Below are positions 33,829 through 43,000 of a stretch of DNA of 64,000 nucleotides, piece after piece. A program made the position numbers and the translations under genes. The notes beneath the pieces were generated by a model. The model was not told the origin of the DNA, did not search any database, and saw only the letters and a list, made by a program, of their open reading frames with translations. The stretch spans positions 176,880 to 240,879 of the forward strand of contig MFUZ01000006.1 of NCBI GenBank assembly GCA_001785865.1. Reading direction: 5' to 3'. The stretch comes from Candidatus Nomurabacteria bacterium RIFCSPLOWO2_01_FULL_41_18. Its GTDB lineage: Bacteria > Patescibacteriota > Minisyncoccia > Phycocordibacterales > UBA9973. Every line of letters starts with the position of its first letter. Positions within the stretch are counted from its first letter, which is position 1.

Positions 33829-35271
33829 TTATTCGACTGGCGGGAGGGTTGGGTTGAGCACAACCATTTCCCCTACTTCCAGTCCTGACACAACCTCGAC
33901 TTGCCCCAAAGAAGAAATGTCCCCGAGTACCACCTCTCTGTCATTTATTTCTTTACCATTTTTTACCTGCACGAATTTTTTTCCGTCTTTTCCAAAGACG
34001 ACCCCTCCCGGCACAGTTATGACGTCCGGTTTGCTGAAAATTACTATGAGAACATTGGCGGTCATACCAGATTTTAGCCGGTCATCCTTTTCAACGAATT
34101 GGAGTTGGATCTTATAATTGGCGACGCCGTCCCGCACTGTTTCGGCTTGATCGATAGACACTACCTCCGCGTTGAAGGTCTCATTTTCTCCGTAGGCATC
34201 GAGAGTCACCAGAGCTTTGTCGTGAAGTTTAATAAGAGGAATATTTATTTCCGGGACGTAACTTTCTATGAGAAAAGTACCGGTACTTATCATTGTAATA
34301 AGAGGCTCATTCGTAGAAGCTATTTCCCCAACTTCTTTTTCGGTGTTTGTGATCAAGCCATCGAAAGGCGCGTAAATAGTGTTTTTCTTTATTTCTGCGT
34401 GTATTTTTTCAATTTCAGCGTCTAAAATGGAGGACGAACCGTCATTTTTCTCCGTTAAAAGCTTTTGATAATCCGACTCTGCATTTTTAATTGCCAAATC
34501 ACGCTCATCTTTTGCTTCATTGTAAGCATTCAGGTTTGTACCGTAAGAAGAACTGGTTTTATTGGGAATATCCAGGTACCAAGTCGTTCCCTCATAAGAA
34601 GATAGGCCAGGATCGTCGGGAAAAAAAATATAGAGCCCCCTCGTGCCGAGCAGTGTCGAGCCTTGTTTGTTAATGACTCTTTTTGTGTTTTCTAAATTAA
34701 AAGTGAAAAGCACATAATTAGGCAGAGTTACATTTTCTTTATCAATATAAATTTTATATCTTCCTTCCGCGCCTTTATAAATCCCTCCCAAAGTCGGCGG
34801 ATCTACACCATAGTCATTGACCTCTGGAATTAATTCCAAATCTTCTGTAAGCAAAGCTTGGTAAGTATTGTCGACTTTTGTATCTTCCTGATTTCGTACT
34901 TTTTCTAATACTTCTTTTGCGTCTTCCAGATCCACATTGGAAGTTCTGGAATTTATTTCTTTTATTTTAAGATCCGCGAGAAGATCTGTAATTTCAAGCT
35001 GCGCTAAAATCTGTCCAGCTTTGACATTCTGGTTCTCCTTTACAAAAATCCTACCTATCCGGCCGGAATCCGCAAAACCGAGCTCCGCTCTGCTAGATGT
35101 CTCCACTTTTCCAGAAACAGAAACTTGATTCACGAAAAGCGAACGCTTAACCATGATTGTTTCTCCTGATATTTCCCGTCTAGTCAAGAAGAAAATTACC
35201 ACAATAACAAAGAGGAACGCCCCGATCGCATAATAAAGATATTTCTTATTTAGCTTTGAAAAAATGGTCAT
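33829..35271 (-). CDS. MacA/HlyD-like adaptor subunit
   Basis: N-terminal TM, lipoyl halves (GRI..IFV...VKAGQ, IYAPFDG), LKSGMTA, SGLEVGE; likely start ATG 35271. Confidence 0.85.
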   Translation of the reverse strand: MTIFSKLNKKYLYYAIGAFLFVIVVIFFLTRREISGETIMVKRSLFVNQVSVSGKVETSSRAELGFADSGRIGRIFVKENQNVKAGQILAQLEITDLLADLKIKEINSRTSNVDLEDAKEVLEKVRNQEDTKVDNTYQALLTEDLELIPEVNDYGVDPPTLGGIYKGAEGRYKIYIDKENVTLPNYVLFTFNLENTKRVINKQGSTLLGTRGLYIFFPDDPGLSSYEGTTWYLDIPNKTSSSYGTNLNAYNEAKDERDLAIKNAESDYQKLLTEKNDGSSSILDAEIEKIHAEIKKNTIYAPFDGLITNTEKEVGEIASTNEPLITMISTGTFLIESYVPEINIPLIKLHDKALVTLDAYGENETFNAEVVSIDQAETVRDGVANYKIQLQFVEKDDRLKSGMTANVLIVIFSKPDVITVPGGVVFGKDGKKFVQVKNGKEINDREVVLGDISSLGQVEVVSGLEVGEMVVLNPTLPPVE

Positions 35272-35338
35272 GTTGGTATGAATATTAGCACAAAATCCCT
35301 TTTCTGCAAAATAAAAAACCCTTACTGACTTATTAAAT

Positions 35339-35728
35339 TTATTTAACGGGAGATAATTCTGCAATTAAAGAATCTAACATTCTATTAGCTATATCTACAT
35401 CCTCTTCCGTGTAAAATCTTTCAGTACCCCGAAGGGTGTCGCAAAACCTGGAAAATTCTTCGCATTGTTTCTTAACTTCAGGATTATTTATCAATTCATG
35501 TGTATTTAAAACCATAATGACCCCCAATACATTACTAAAGAACACAGTTCGACATTTATACCTTTGATAATTTGGCATTTCAGGTCGCAATCTTTTAGAA
35601 GGAATTTCCTCTATATAATCAAACCTTAAAACATTAAGAAGCTTCAAATATTCTTCTCTTATTTTCGAAATTTTTTCAGGACTCGGAGTTACTTTTATTT
35701 TTTGGAATTGTTTAAAATTTTCATCCAT
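35339..35728 (-). CDS. Hypothetical protein
   Basis: 129-aa low-GC ORF. Confidence 0.65.
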   Translation of the reverse strand: MDENFKQFQKIKVTPSPEKISKIREEYLKLLNVLRFDYIEEIPSKRLRPEMPNYQRYKCRTVFFSNVLGVIMVLNTHELINNPEVKKQCEEFSRFCDTLRGTERFYTEEDVDIANRMLDSLIAELSPVK

Positions 35729-35740
35729 GGTAAATTTTGG

Positions 35741-36751
35741 TTACTTTTTCTTTAAAATCTTTACCAGTGCATCTTGAAACTTCTTCACAGCTTTATCATC
35801 AAATAAAGATAAAGTAAATACGTTTTTACTTATTTTCTTAAATTCTGCTACTTTTTTTAGGACGACTTTCGGATCATCTATTACATCACTTTTTGTTAAA
35901 ATAATTATTTCTTCTTTCTCTGATAAACCTTCTACTCCTAAATCTAAGCTTTGATCGTATTTTGCCAACTCTTTGCGAATTTCTTTGTAGCTCTTCATCA
36001 TGCCCGTCGAACCTCTGGATAAATTCTCGAACGAGATCAAGTGCGCGAGCATCTTGGTGCGCTTGATGTGACGTAAAAATTTGACCCCGAGCCCCTTGCC
36101 CTCGGACGCCCCTTCTATAAGTCCTGGAATATCGGCAATGATGTAACCGAAAAAATCTCCCAGATTTGGATCAAGTGTGGTAAAAGGATAATCTCCCACT
36201 TTCGCTTCAGCATTTGTAAGCGCGTTTAAGAGCGAAGACTTGCCTGCATTCGGAAGCCCGATAAATCCAATATCTGCAAAAAGCTCCAGCTCTATTTTAA
36301 AATTCCCGCTTTCTCCGGGTCCTCCGATGTTTGATTCATGTGGAGTAGTATTGATCGAGCTTTTGAAATGCTCATTTCCAAAACCTCCAAAGCCGCCCTT
36401 CAAAATAAGTATTTTCTCTCCTTCTTTTGTTAATTGCCATTTCTCATTAGTATCGAAATTGGTAATAATAGAACCCACTGGCAATTTTAGAACAAAATCT
36501 TCTCCATTTGCTCCATGTAAACTTTTACTTCCGCCGTCCTCTCCTCTCCCAGCGACAAAACTTTTTTTGGTTTTGTATTTTGAAAGAATATGAACGTCAC
36601 GCACTGACTGTACGTAAAAATTCCCACCCTTGCCAGCGTCACCTCCGGCTGGTCCGCCTTTCGGTTCAAATTTCTGGCGATGCCAGCGCACGACGCCGTT
36701 TCCGCCGTGCCCCGCCTCCGCATATATTTGTATTTCATCAATAAAGGCCAT
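35741..36751 (-). CDS. obgE: GTPase ObgE
   Basis: Gly-rich Obg domain, GLPNAGKS, YPFTT, DIPG, TKSD. Confidence 0.96.
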   Translation of the reverse strand: MAFIDEIQIYAEAGHGGNGVVRWHRQKFEPKGGPAGGDAGKGGNFYVQSVRDVHILSKYKTKKSFVAGRGEDGGSKSLHGANGEDFVLKLPVGSIITNFDTNEKWQLTKEGEKILILKGGFGGFGNEHFKSSINTTPHESNIGGPGESGNFKIELELFADIGFIGLPNAGKSSLLNALTNAEAKVGDYPFTTLDPNLGDFFGYIIADIPGLIEGASEGKGLGVKFLRHIKRTKMLAHLISFENLSRGSTGMMKSYKEIRKELAKYDQSLDLGVEGLSEKEEIIILTKSDVIDDPKVVLKKVAEFKKISKNVFTLSLFDDKAVKKFQDALVKILKKK

Positions 36752-36770
36752 CTTGAATAGGCTCTAGGCT

Positions 36771-37700
36771 TTAGGCACTAGGCGTTAACTTATAATCTAA
36801 GGCAAGTTGTGATAATTTGATGGCTCCCTCTTTTGATTTTGCTACCGCGAGGAAAAGAGCCCGATGGCAGAATACAGCATCCTGGACACCGGTAAGTTCC
36901 TGTAATTTTTTGTCCATAAGCCCAGCCCAGGATGCAGGAAGATCTTTTCTGTTTCCAAAGCTGTTTTTTGTTTTTCTCATAGCTACTGCAGACCATTTTT
37001 CATTGTCACCAAATACGGCGAATAAGGGTTCGGTAAAATTTTGCAAAGCATCCCAGATCTCAAATTTAGAAACTTTCGGCTCATCTATCACAATCAATCT
37101 TTTATCTTTTGCTTTTTTATAAAAACCTTTGATAATTTGGGCGACTTCTATTTGATCGTTCGCTTTCTTTATTTCTCTTTGAAGAATTTCTTTGCCCCAA
37201 GCAAACGCTTTTAAAAACTGTTTGTCTTTTTCCATATCTTCCAGAGAAGTCGGTGAAAAAATGGCGAAAACATCCTGTAAAGTATATGCCGAAATATTTG
37301 GAAAATTATTTTTATATAAATCAATCCCATTATCATTGGCATCTATCGGCATTGCAAGTTTGTGCTCGATAAAATCCGCAACTTCTTTGTTGCCGGCAAC
37401 TTCCACACCAAATTTTTTCCATACCAGACCAAAAGAGGAATAGGGTATTCCTTCCCTTTCACCTGCCCCGTCCGTTTGATGATGATCAAACCTATTTAAT
37501 TTTGCATCATATATTCCCCCCACATCAAAAACATAGTCCGCGTCATGTATGGTTTCTTTATCTCTCGTGCGAATTACTTCAAATTTCTCCCGCTTTTTCT
37601 CAAGCAATAAAGACAGCGTTGCGTAGGCAAAAATGTCATCCGCGTGAAAAGACCCGTCATGGGTAATTAGTTTTAATTTTTTTTCTTTCTTGCCCATCAT
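36771..37700 (-). CDS. MYG1 family protein
   Basis: THDGSFHADD, DVGG.YD...FDHHQ, SSFGLVW, AVFCH. Confidence 0.92.
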   Translation of the reverse strand: MMGKKEKKLKLITHDGSFHADDIFAYATLSLLLEKKREKFEVIRTRDKETIHDADYVFDVGGIYDAKLNRFDHHQTDGAGEREGIPYSSFGLVWKKFGVEVAGNKEVADFIEHKLAMPIDANDNGIDLYKNNFPNISAYTLQDVFAIFSPTSLEDMEKDKQFLKAFAWGKEILQREIKKANDQIEVAQIIKGFYKKAKDKRLIVIDEPKVSKFEIWDALQNFTEPLFAVFGDNEKWSAVAMRKTKNSFGNRKDLPASWAGLMDKKLQELTGVQDAVFCHRALFLAVAKSKEGAIKLSQLALDYKLTPSA

Positions 37701-37703
37701 AAT

Positions 37704-38153
37704 TTAAAAAAGACTGTCCACGACTGCTTTTACCACCATCCCGTCTGCTTTGCCTTTTAGTTCTTTCATAAGAGCTGACATGAGCATTCCCTTCTTTGCG
37801 GCATCTGTGATTTTAAGTTCCTCTTTTTTAATACGAGCAATTTTTTCCACTTCACCCCTATCCATCATTTTTGGCAAATAAGTTTCAAGTATCGCCAGCT
37901 CGGATTCTTCTTCTTTTACTAAATCCTCTCTATTTCCCTTTTTAAATTGCTCTATTGAGTCTTTTCTTTGTTTTGCGAGTTTAGTTATAACAGAAATAGC
38001 TTCGGGGTCTGTGAGCATTTCTTGTGGTTTTCTATTTTTGGCGACAAGCTCGTTGGTAAATGCGGCAGACATGGCCCGGAAAGCTTTCAAGCGCAAAACG
38101 TCTTTTGCCATCATTGCTTCTTTTATTCCATTTTTAATTTGTTCGTGTAGCAT
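37704..38153 (-). CDS. GatB/YqeY domain protein
   Basis: KQRKDSIEQF..GNR, YLPK, LKGKADG; start ATG 38153, 6 nt after TATAAT. Confidence 0.9.
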   Translation of the reverse strand: MLHEQIKNGIKEAMMAKDVLRLKAFRAMSAAFTNELVAKNRKPQEMLTDPEAISVITKLAKQRKDSIEQFKKGNREDLVKEEESELAILETYLPKMMDRGEVEKIARIKKEELKITDAAKKGMLMSALMKELKGKADGMVVKAVVDSLF

Positions 38154-38165
38154 TGCTTGATTATA

Positions 38166-38270
38166 ACAAAGAAATATTGTTTTAGAAAGCCTTGCACAGG
38201 CGGGTAGCCGAGCAGTTCGCCCTGCCAAGCTTGCAGGGATAGATTGCTTTATAAAATAATATTTCTTTGT
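38166..38270 (+). mobile_element. Short divergent copy (copy 3) of the ~130-bp structured element
   Basis: Shares AAAGCCTTGC.CA, GAGCAGTTCGC and ATAGATTGCTTT with 12119-12252; stems differ in sequence but still pair. Confidence 0.7.
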
Positions 38271-38284
38271 GGTAATATAGTAAG

Positions 38285-39001
38285 ATGGCTAAGCTAATAT
38301 TTTTTGATACGGAGACCACGGGCAATGAACAGAAGGACTCCCTATGCCAAATTGCTTATAAAAGTGGTGATGAAAGTTTTACTGGCCTTTACAAGCCTCC
38401 ACTAAAAATTCCACCCGAAGCTTCTGCTGTACACCATATAACCAATAAGATGGTCGCCGACAAACCATCTTTTGCTGAAAGTGGGGATTTGTCTAAAATT
38501 AAAAAACTTTTTGAAGATAAAGACATCGTCGTCGTGGCTCACAACGCGCCTTTTGATTTGATGATAGTCGAAAAAGAAGGAATCAAGCCGCAAAAATTTA
38601 TTTGCACTTTACGGGTTGCCAGACATTTAGACCCAGAGGGAAAAATAGAAAGATATAACTTACAATATTTGCGTTACTTACTCGAAATAGAAATAGATGC
38701 CACTGCTCATGACGCGCTTGGTGATGTGTTGGTCTTAGAAAAACTTTTTGAGCGATTGAAAAATAAATTAATTCAGAGCGAGAATGTAAGCGAAGATGAA
38801 GCGATAAATAAAATGATTGAAATCTCTTCGCACCCTTCACTTCTGCGTTCATTCAACTTTGGCAAACATACTGGTAAAAAAATAGAAGAAGTAGCGAAAG
38901 TAGATAGAGGCTATCTGGAATGGCTACTAGCCCAAAAACTCGAAAGCGATCAAATAGATGAGGATTGGATTTATACGTTGAAACATTATTTGGGGAAATA
39001 A
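38285..39001 (+). CDS. DEDDh 3'-5' exonuclease (DnaQ/ExoX-like) with C-terminal FGK...GYL.W domain
   Basis: FDTETTG, AHNAPFD, AHDALGD. Confidence 0.9.
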   Translation: MAKLIFFDTETTGNEQKDSLCQIAYKSGDESFTGLYKPPLKIPPEASAVHHITNKMVADKPSFAESGDLSKIKKLFEDKDIVVVAHNAPFDLMIVEKEGIKPQKFICTLRVARHLDPEGKIERYNLQYLRYLLEIEIDATAHDALGDVLVLEKLFERLKNKLIQSENVSEDEAINKMIEISSHPSLLRSFNFGKHTGKKIEEVAKVDRGYLEWLLAQKLESDQIDEDWIYTLKHYLGK

Positions 39002-39052
39002 TCACCACCCCCTACCCCCGCCTTAATCAAGGAGGGGGTTAGGGGGTGGTAA
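39002..39052. repeat. Long GC-rich hairpin, CCCC.CCTT...AAGGAGGGG family
   Basis: ACCACCCCCTACCCCCGCCTT-AATC-AAGGAGGGGGTTAGGGGGTGGT; relative at 57015-57035. Confidence 0.75.
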
Positions 39053-39140
39053 TTCTGAATTCGGAAGGAAAAACTTGACAATAGCTGTGTGTGTGTGTGT
39101 TAAATTTTCAATCGAAAAGAAAACCCAACGAAAGGCTGTT

Positions 39141-39350
39141 ATGCTAGTACAAATTGTAAGTGCCCCTACAGGTTTAAGTTTGGTGGGAATAATGCACGTA
39201 GGTGCAGTCCACACCGGCAAGGCAATCGTCTGTATTAATGAACAACAAGGTTTGTTGGAAATTCACAACGGAGACGACAACGACCTTAAGACGTTGCGAG
39301 AAAAGGCAAGAATCACCTTGCAACAAGTTCCCAGCGAAAAAAGAGTGTGA
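39141..39350 (+). CDS. Small orphan protein (cassette)
   Basis: Leader CAACGAAAGGCTGTT-ATG; TTGACA upstream; 3' UTR shared with the 40212 cassette. Confidence 0.55.
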   Translation: MLVQIVSAPTGLSLVGIMHVGAVHTGKAIVCINEQQGLLEIHNGDDNDLKTLREKARITLQQVPSEKRV

Positions 39351-39353
39351 AAA

Positions 39354-39417
39354 AGTGTGCATTCTGCCGCTTGTGAGGAGCCGAGCTTCCACAGGCGGCT
39401 TCTTATTTTTATTTAAA
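39354..39417 (+). terminator. Terminator-like 3' element, direct repeat of 40510-40573
   Basis: GCCGCTTGTG...CACAGGCGGC followed by TTCTTATTTTT. Confidence 0.75.
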
Positions 39418-39448
39418 TAAATGTGGTAAAATAAATTGGAAACTTGAT

Positions 39449-39480
39449 TACCTAACTTTTCCGACCGGTAGAGTTAGGTA
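39449..39480. repeat. 32-bp hairpin direct repeat at the 3' end of the Cas2-like gene (contains its stop codon)
   Basis: TACCTAACTTTTCCGACCGGTAGAGTTAGGTA. Confidence 0.9.
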
Positions 39481-40057
39481 AATTGAAAGTTTTTCGCAAA
39501 TGCCAATCATTTTCTAATTTTTCTACTATCATATACAAAACATCTTTTCCTATCTTAAAATCCGCTTTTAATAAAGAAATCAGATCCTCGCAATCATACG
39601 GATATAGCCAGACACTATTTTGAAGCCGAATAAAGCCTATTTGAGAAAGTGTTTGCCTTAAAAGAAATCTGGTTTTACTCCTTGATTCTTTTATATCAAA
39701 AATAACTACCCTCCAACGACCATCCCATTTTTTTGGAATTTTTAATTTAAAATTATGCTTATCAAGAAAATCCAACTTACTTTCCCCTTTCCTTGTAATA
39801 CGGGCAACTTTTTTCCCATTTATTTCAATTATTTCAATAAAGCCTTTTTCTCTAAGACGTGTAAAGGAATCATTTATGGAGTACTTTAAATTCTTTTTTC
39901 TTTTAAAAGAACTCTCAAGTTTTTTAATAGCTGATAAAACATTGGGAGCAACCAGAGCAACTCCAAGCATGCCAGCGGTAAAAACTGTGTTTAAAATTAT
40001 TTTTTGAATATTTTTGCGTTTATCCTTCTTTTTGATTTCTTGTTCTAAATTTCCCAT
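39452..40057 (-). CDS. PaaX-like protein (wHTH-like region plus Cas2-like domain)
   Basis: RL..KGFIE...ITRKG, KWDGRWRVVIFDI.E...R..LR..L..IGF.RLQNSVW; likely start ATG 40057. Confidence 0.85.
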   Translation of the reverse strand: MGNLEQEIKKKDKRKNIQKIILNTVFTAGMLGVALVAPNVLSAIKKLESSFKRKKNLKYSINDSFTRLREKGFIEIIEINGKKVARITRKGESKLDFLDKHNFKLKIPKKWDGRWRVVIFDIKESRSKTRFLLRQTLSQIGFIRLQNSVWLYPYDCEDLISLLKADFKIGKDVLYMIVEKLENDWHLRKTFNLPNSTGRKS

Positions 40058-40098
40058 ATATTGATAACTACGTAAATTATAATCCACAAATATAAAAT

Positions 40099-40130
40099 TA
40101 CCTAATTATTCCGACCGGTAGAGTTAGGTA
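40099..40130. repeat. 32-bp hairpin direct repeat upstream of the Cas2-like gene
   Basis: TACCTAATTATTCCGACCGGTAGAGTTAGGTA, 30/32 identical to 39449-39480. Confidence 0.9.
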
Positions 40131-40211
40131 ATTTAGCAAAGTAAAAAATTGACACCTTACGCCTGAAGTGTTAGTTTTTAAGGGATAATCAACTAGTTCA
40201 CCAAAGGACAT

Positions 40212-40511
40212 ATGAAACAAAATGAAAAAGAAGTTACTGTTGTCGCAGACTGCACGAGTTGCGACGGCACTGGACTCTTTGGGTTTCGAGACAAACTCGG
40301 AGTTACCTGTTGGGATTGTGAAGGCAGTGGAAAAATGTCCATAACTTACACACCCTTCATCGAGCGAAAATTACGCCACGAGTGGCAAATCACAGAGGTA
40401 TGCCAAAGAAGTTCCCTCAGTATGAGATTGGGAACACCCATCAGCTACAAGGAGTTCCTGGAGGGTAAGTTCCCTGAGACACCTATCGAACCAGAAATAC
40501 CCAAAGATTAG
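40212..40511 (+). CDS. Small protein with two DnaJ-type CxxCxGxG zinc motifs (cassette)
   Basis: CTSCDGTG, CWDCEGSG; promoter TTGACA-17-TAGTTT at 40149-40177; AAAGGA leader. Confidence 0.75.
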   Translation: MKQNEKEVTVVADCTSCDGTGLFGFRDKLGVTCWDCEGSGKMSITYTPFIERKLRHEWQITEVCQRSSLSMRLGTPISYKEFLEGKFPETPIEPEIPKD

Positions 40512-40573
40512 TGTGCGTAATTGCCGCTTGTAGGAAGCCGAGCTTCCACAGGCGGCTTCTTATTTTTATTTAA
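40510..40573 (+). terminator. Terminator-like 3' element, second copy
   Basis: Near-identical to 39354-39417. Confidence 0.75.
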
Positions 40574-40590
40574 AATGCTAAAATACTCTT

Positions 40591-41640
40591 ATGCAAATTC
40601 TTTGGATAATATTAGCTTTAGTTGCAGGAGTAACAATTGCCTATTTTGCTTTTGGGCGTAGAAAAGAAGAAAAGAAAGATGATAGTTTGGGGTTAAATTT
40701 AATACTCACTCAAATAAACGAACTTTCCAGAACTGTAGACAATAAAATCGGAGAATCGCATAAACAAGTCAACGAAAGTTTGAAATTCCATTCTAGCGAA
40801 TCAAATAAAATTATTAGAGATGTTACAGAAAGATTGACCAGATTGGACGAGACAAATAAACAAGTCATTTCTTTTGCAGACCAATTGCAAAGTTTGGAAA
40901 ATATTTTAAAGAATCCGAAACAACGCGGAATTCTCGGTGAATATTATTTAGAAACAGTTTTAAAAAATGTCCTTCCTCCCGGTAGCTACCAAATGCAATA
41001 CGAATTTGAAGATAAAACTATTGTGGACGCTGTAGTTTTCGTAAAAGATAAAATTATTCCCATAGACTCAAAATTCTCTCTGGAAAATTATAATAAAATG
41101 GTGGAAGAAAGGGATGCCGTAGAAAAGAAAAGACTAGAAGCAATCTTTGTGGGAGACTTAAAAAATAGAATCACTGAAACTGCAAAATATATTCAGCCAA
41201 CAAAAGGCACTACTGATTTTGCTTTTATGTTTATCCCCCACGAAGCTATTTATTATGATTTGCTCACAAATAAAGTGGGCGCGTTGGCATCGGAAGAAAA
41301 TGAGAACTTGATCCAACGCGCGGCAGGAAAATATAAAGTCATCATCACCTCCCCCACTTCATTCCTCGCATATTTGCAAACTGTCTTGCAAGGATTGAAG
41401 GCACTCAAAATAGAAGAATCCGCGAAAGAAATAATTAAAAAAGTGGAAGATTTGGGAAAACATTTAAAATCTTACGACGAATATCATAATAAACTCGGGA
41501 ATGCGCTCGGCACTGTGGTGAACCATTACAATGCTTCCAATAAGGAATTGAAGAAAATAGACAAGGATGTGCTCCGGATTGCTGGATCATCGCCGGAATT
41601 GGCATTATTAGAAGTCGAAAAACCCCGCCCGAACGACTGA
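40591..41640 (+). CDS. rmuC: DNA recombination protein RmuC
   Basis: KQRGILGE, IDSKF, DFAFMFIPHE, SPTSF; stop codon supplied by palindrome 41623-41658. Confidence 0.92.
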   Translation: MQILWIILALVAGVTIAYFAFGRRKEEKKDDSLGLNLILTQINELSRTVDNKIGESHKQVNESLKFHSSESNKIIRDVTERLTRLDETNKQVISFADQLQSLENILKNPKQRGILGEYYLETVLKNVLPPGSYQMQYEFEDKTIVDAVVFVKDKIIPIDSKFSLENYNKMVEERDAVEKKRLEAIFVGDLKNRITETAKYIQPTKGTTDFAFMFIPHEAIYYDLLTNKVGALASEENENLIQRAAGKYKVIITSPTSFLAYLQTVLQGLKALKIEESAKEIIKKVEDLGKHLKSYDEYHNKLGNALGTVVNHYNASNKELKKIDKDVLRIAGSSPELALLEVEKPRPND

Positions 41641-41687
41641 TCGTTCAGTCGGGCAGGCGAAATTAGAAGAATAATTAATAAATCAAG

Positions 41688-41906
41688 ATGTTTAAAAATT
41701 TTTTATTAAAAAAGATGTTGCGAACCCAAGGCGTGCCAGAAGCTCAGATCGACATGTTCATTAATATGATGGAAAAGAATCCTGAGCTTTTCAAAAAAAT
41801 TGCGGAGGAAGTAAAAGTAAAGATGGATCAGGGCGTAGATCAACAGACTGCGTCTCTCACTGTCATGAAAAAATACGAGCAGGAACTGAAAAAATTGGCG
41901 CAATGA
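41688..41906 (+). CDS. Small helical hypothetical protein
   Basis: 72-aa ORF overlapping the msrB start by 4 bp. Confidence 0.7.
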   Translation: MFKNFLLKKMLRTQGVPEAQIDMFINMMEKNPELFKKIAEEVKVKMDQGVDQQTASLTVMKKYEQELKKLAQ

Positions 41907-42259
41907 ATAATTTAACTCCGGAAGAAAAAAGAGTAATAATCGACAAAGGCACGGAAGCGCCATTTGTGGGTGAATATGTGAACAATAAAGAAACTGGTGT
42001 GTATGTCTGCCGACAATGCGGATCCCCTCTTTATAATTCCAAAGATAAATTTGAATCTACTTGTGGCTGGCCAAGCTTTGATGATGAAATAAAAGGCGCA
42101 GTTAAAAAAAGCGTAGATGCTGACGAAATGCGAACAGAAATAACTTGCGCAAAATGCGGTGGGCATCTCGGACATGTCTTTACTGGAGAACACCTGACCG
42201 ACAAAAACGTCCGCCATTGCGTGAACTCGATCTCGATGAAATTTATTCCCGGAAAGTAG
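41903..42259 (+). CDS. msrB: Methionine-R-sulfoxide reductase
   Basis: GTEAPF, GWPSF, GHLGHVF, RHCVNS. Confidence 0.96.
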   Translation: MNNLTPEEKRVIIDKGTEAPFVGEYVNNKETGVYVCRQCGSPLYNSKDKFESTCGWPSFDDEIKGAVKKSVDADEMRTEITCAKCGGHLGHVFTGEHLTDKNVRHCVNSISMKFIPGK

Positions 42260-42277
42260 TTAATTATTTAAAACGCC

Positions 42278-42769
42278 ATGACCAAAAAAATAGTATTAGC
42301 AGGAGGATGTTTTTGGGGACTCCAGGATTTGATCCGGAAACAGACGGGTGTGATACAGACGCGCGTAGGCTATACCGGCGGCAAAATCATCAATCCTACC
42401 TACACAAACCATGAAGGCCATGCGGAGGCTGTGGAAATAGAATATGACACAGAAAAAACTTCTTACAAAAATCTGCTGGATTTTTTCTTTCAAATCCACA
42501 ATCCTACAACATTGAACCAGCAAGGCAACGACCGAGGCACTTCTTACCGTTCAGCTATTTTTTATGGTAGCGATGAAGAGAAAAAGGAAGCCCAGAATTT
42601 CATAGACATCGTGAATAAGTCAAAAAGATGGAAAGACCCCGTCGTCACCACCCTTGAGCCTTTGGATAAATTTTATCTTGCCGAAGATTATCACCAAGAT
42701 TATCTAGAAAAGAATCCGGGTGGCTACACCTGCCACGCTATTTATTTTGATAGCTATTTGAAACCATAA
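42278..42769 (+). CDS. msrA: Methionine-S-sulfoxide reductase
   Basis: [20 protein letters not shown]. Confidence 0.96.
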   Translation: MTKKIVLAGGCFWGLQDLIRKQTGVIQTRVGYTGGKIINPTYTNHEGHAEAVEIEYDTEKTSYKNLLDFFFQIHNPTTLNQQGNDRGTSYRSAIFYGSDEEKKEAQNFIDIVNKSKRWKDPVVTTLEPLDKFYLAEDYHQDYLEKNPGGYTCHAIYFDSYLKP

Positions 42770-42853
42770 ATTCCCTATTCGCCTATTCGCGCGAATTAGA
42801 GAATAGAAAAGCTGGGCTGTGATTATACGTATATGAATACGTATAAAGTCGTG

Positions 42854-42925
42854 TGACCCTACGCGGAATCGGACCGCGATTTAAGCCTTGAGAAGGCCTT
42901 GTCCTAACCGTTAGACGATAGGGCC
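42854..42925 (-). tRNA. tRNA-Glu(CTC)
   Basis: GGCCCTA...TAGGGTC-A; anticodon arm AGGCC-TTCTCAA-GGCTT. Confidence 0.95.
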
Positions 42926-43000
42926 GTAGCAAAAATATAACATTTTTAATAAAAAATTGAAAATTATCTCATCTGATATAGAATTTGTTATAATAATCTT

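Noticed and set aside
38154-38228. Extended N-terminus of YqeY
   Set aside because: Translates the structured repeat; ATG 38153 has a -10 box 6 nt upstream.
39449-40130. CRISPR array or CRISPR-Cas locus
   Set aside because: Only two repeats, separated by 618 bp containing a gene; no spacer-sized units and no cas1 or effector genes in the window.
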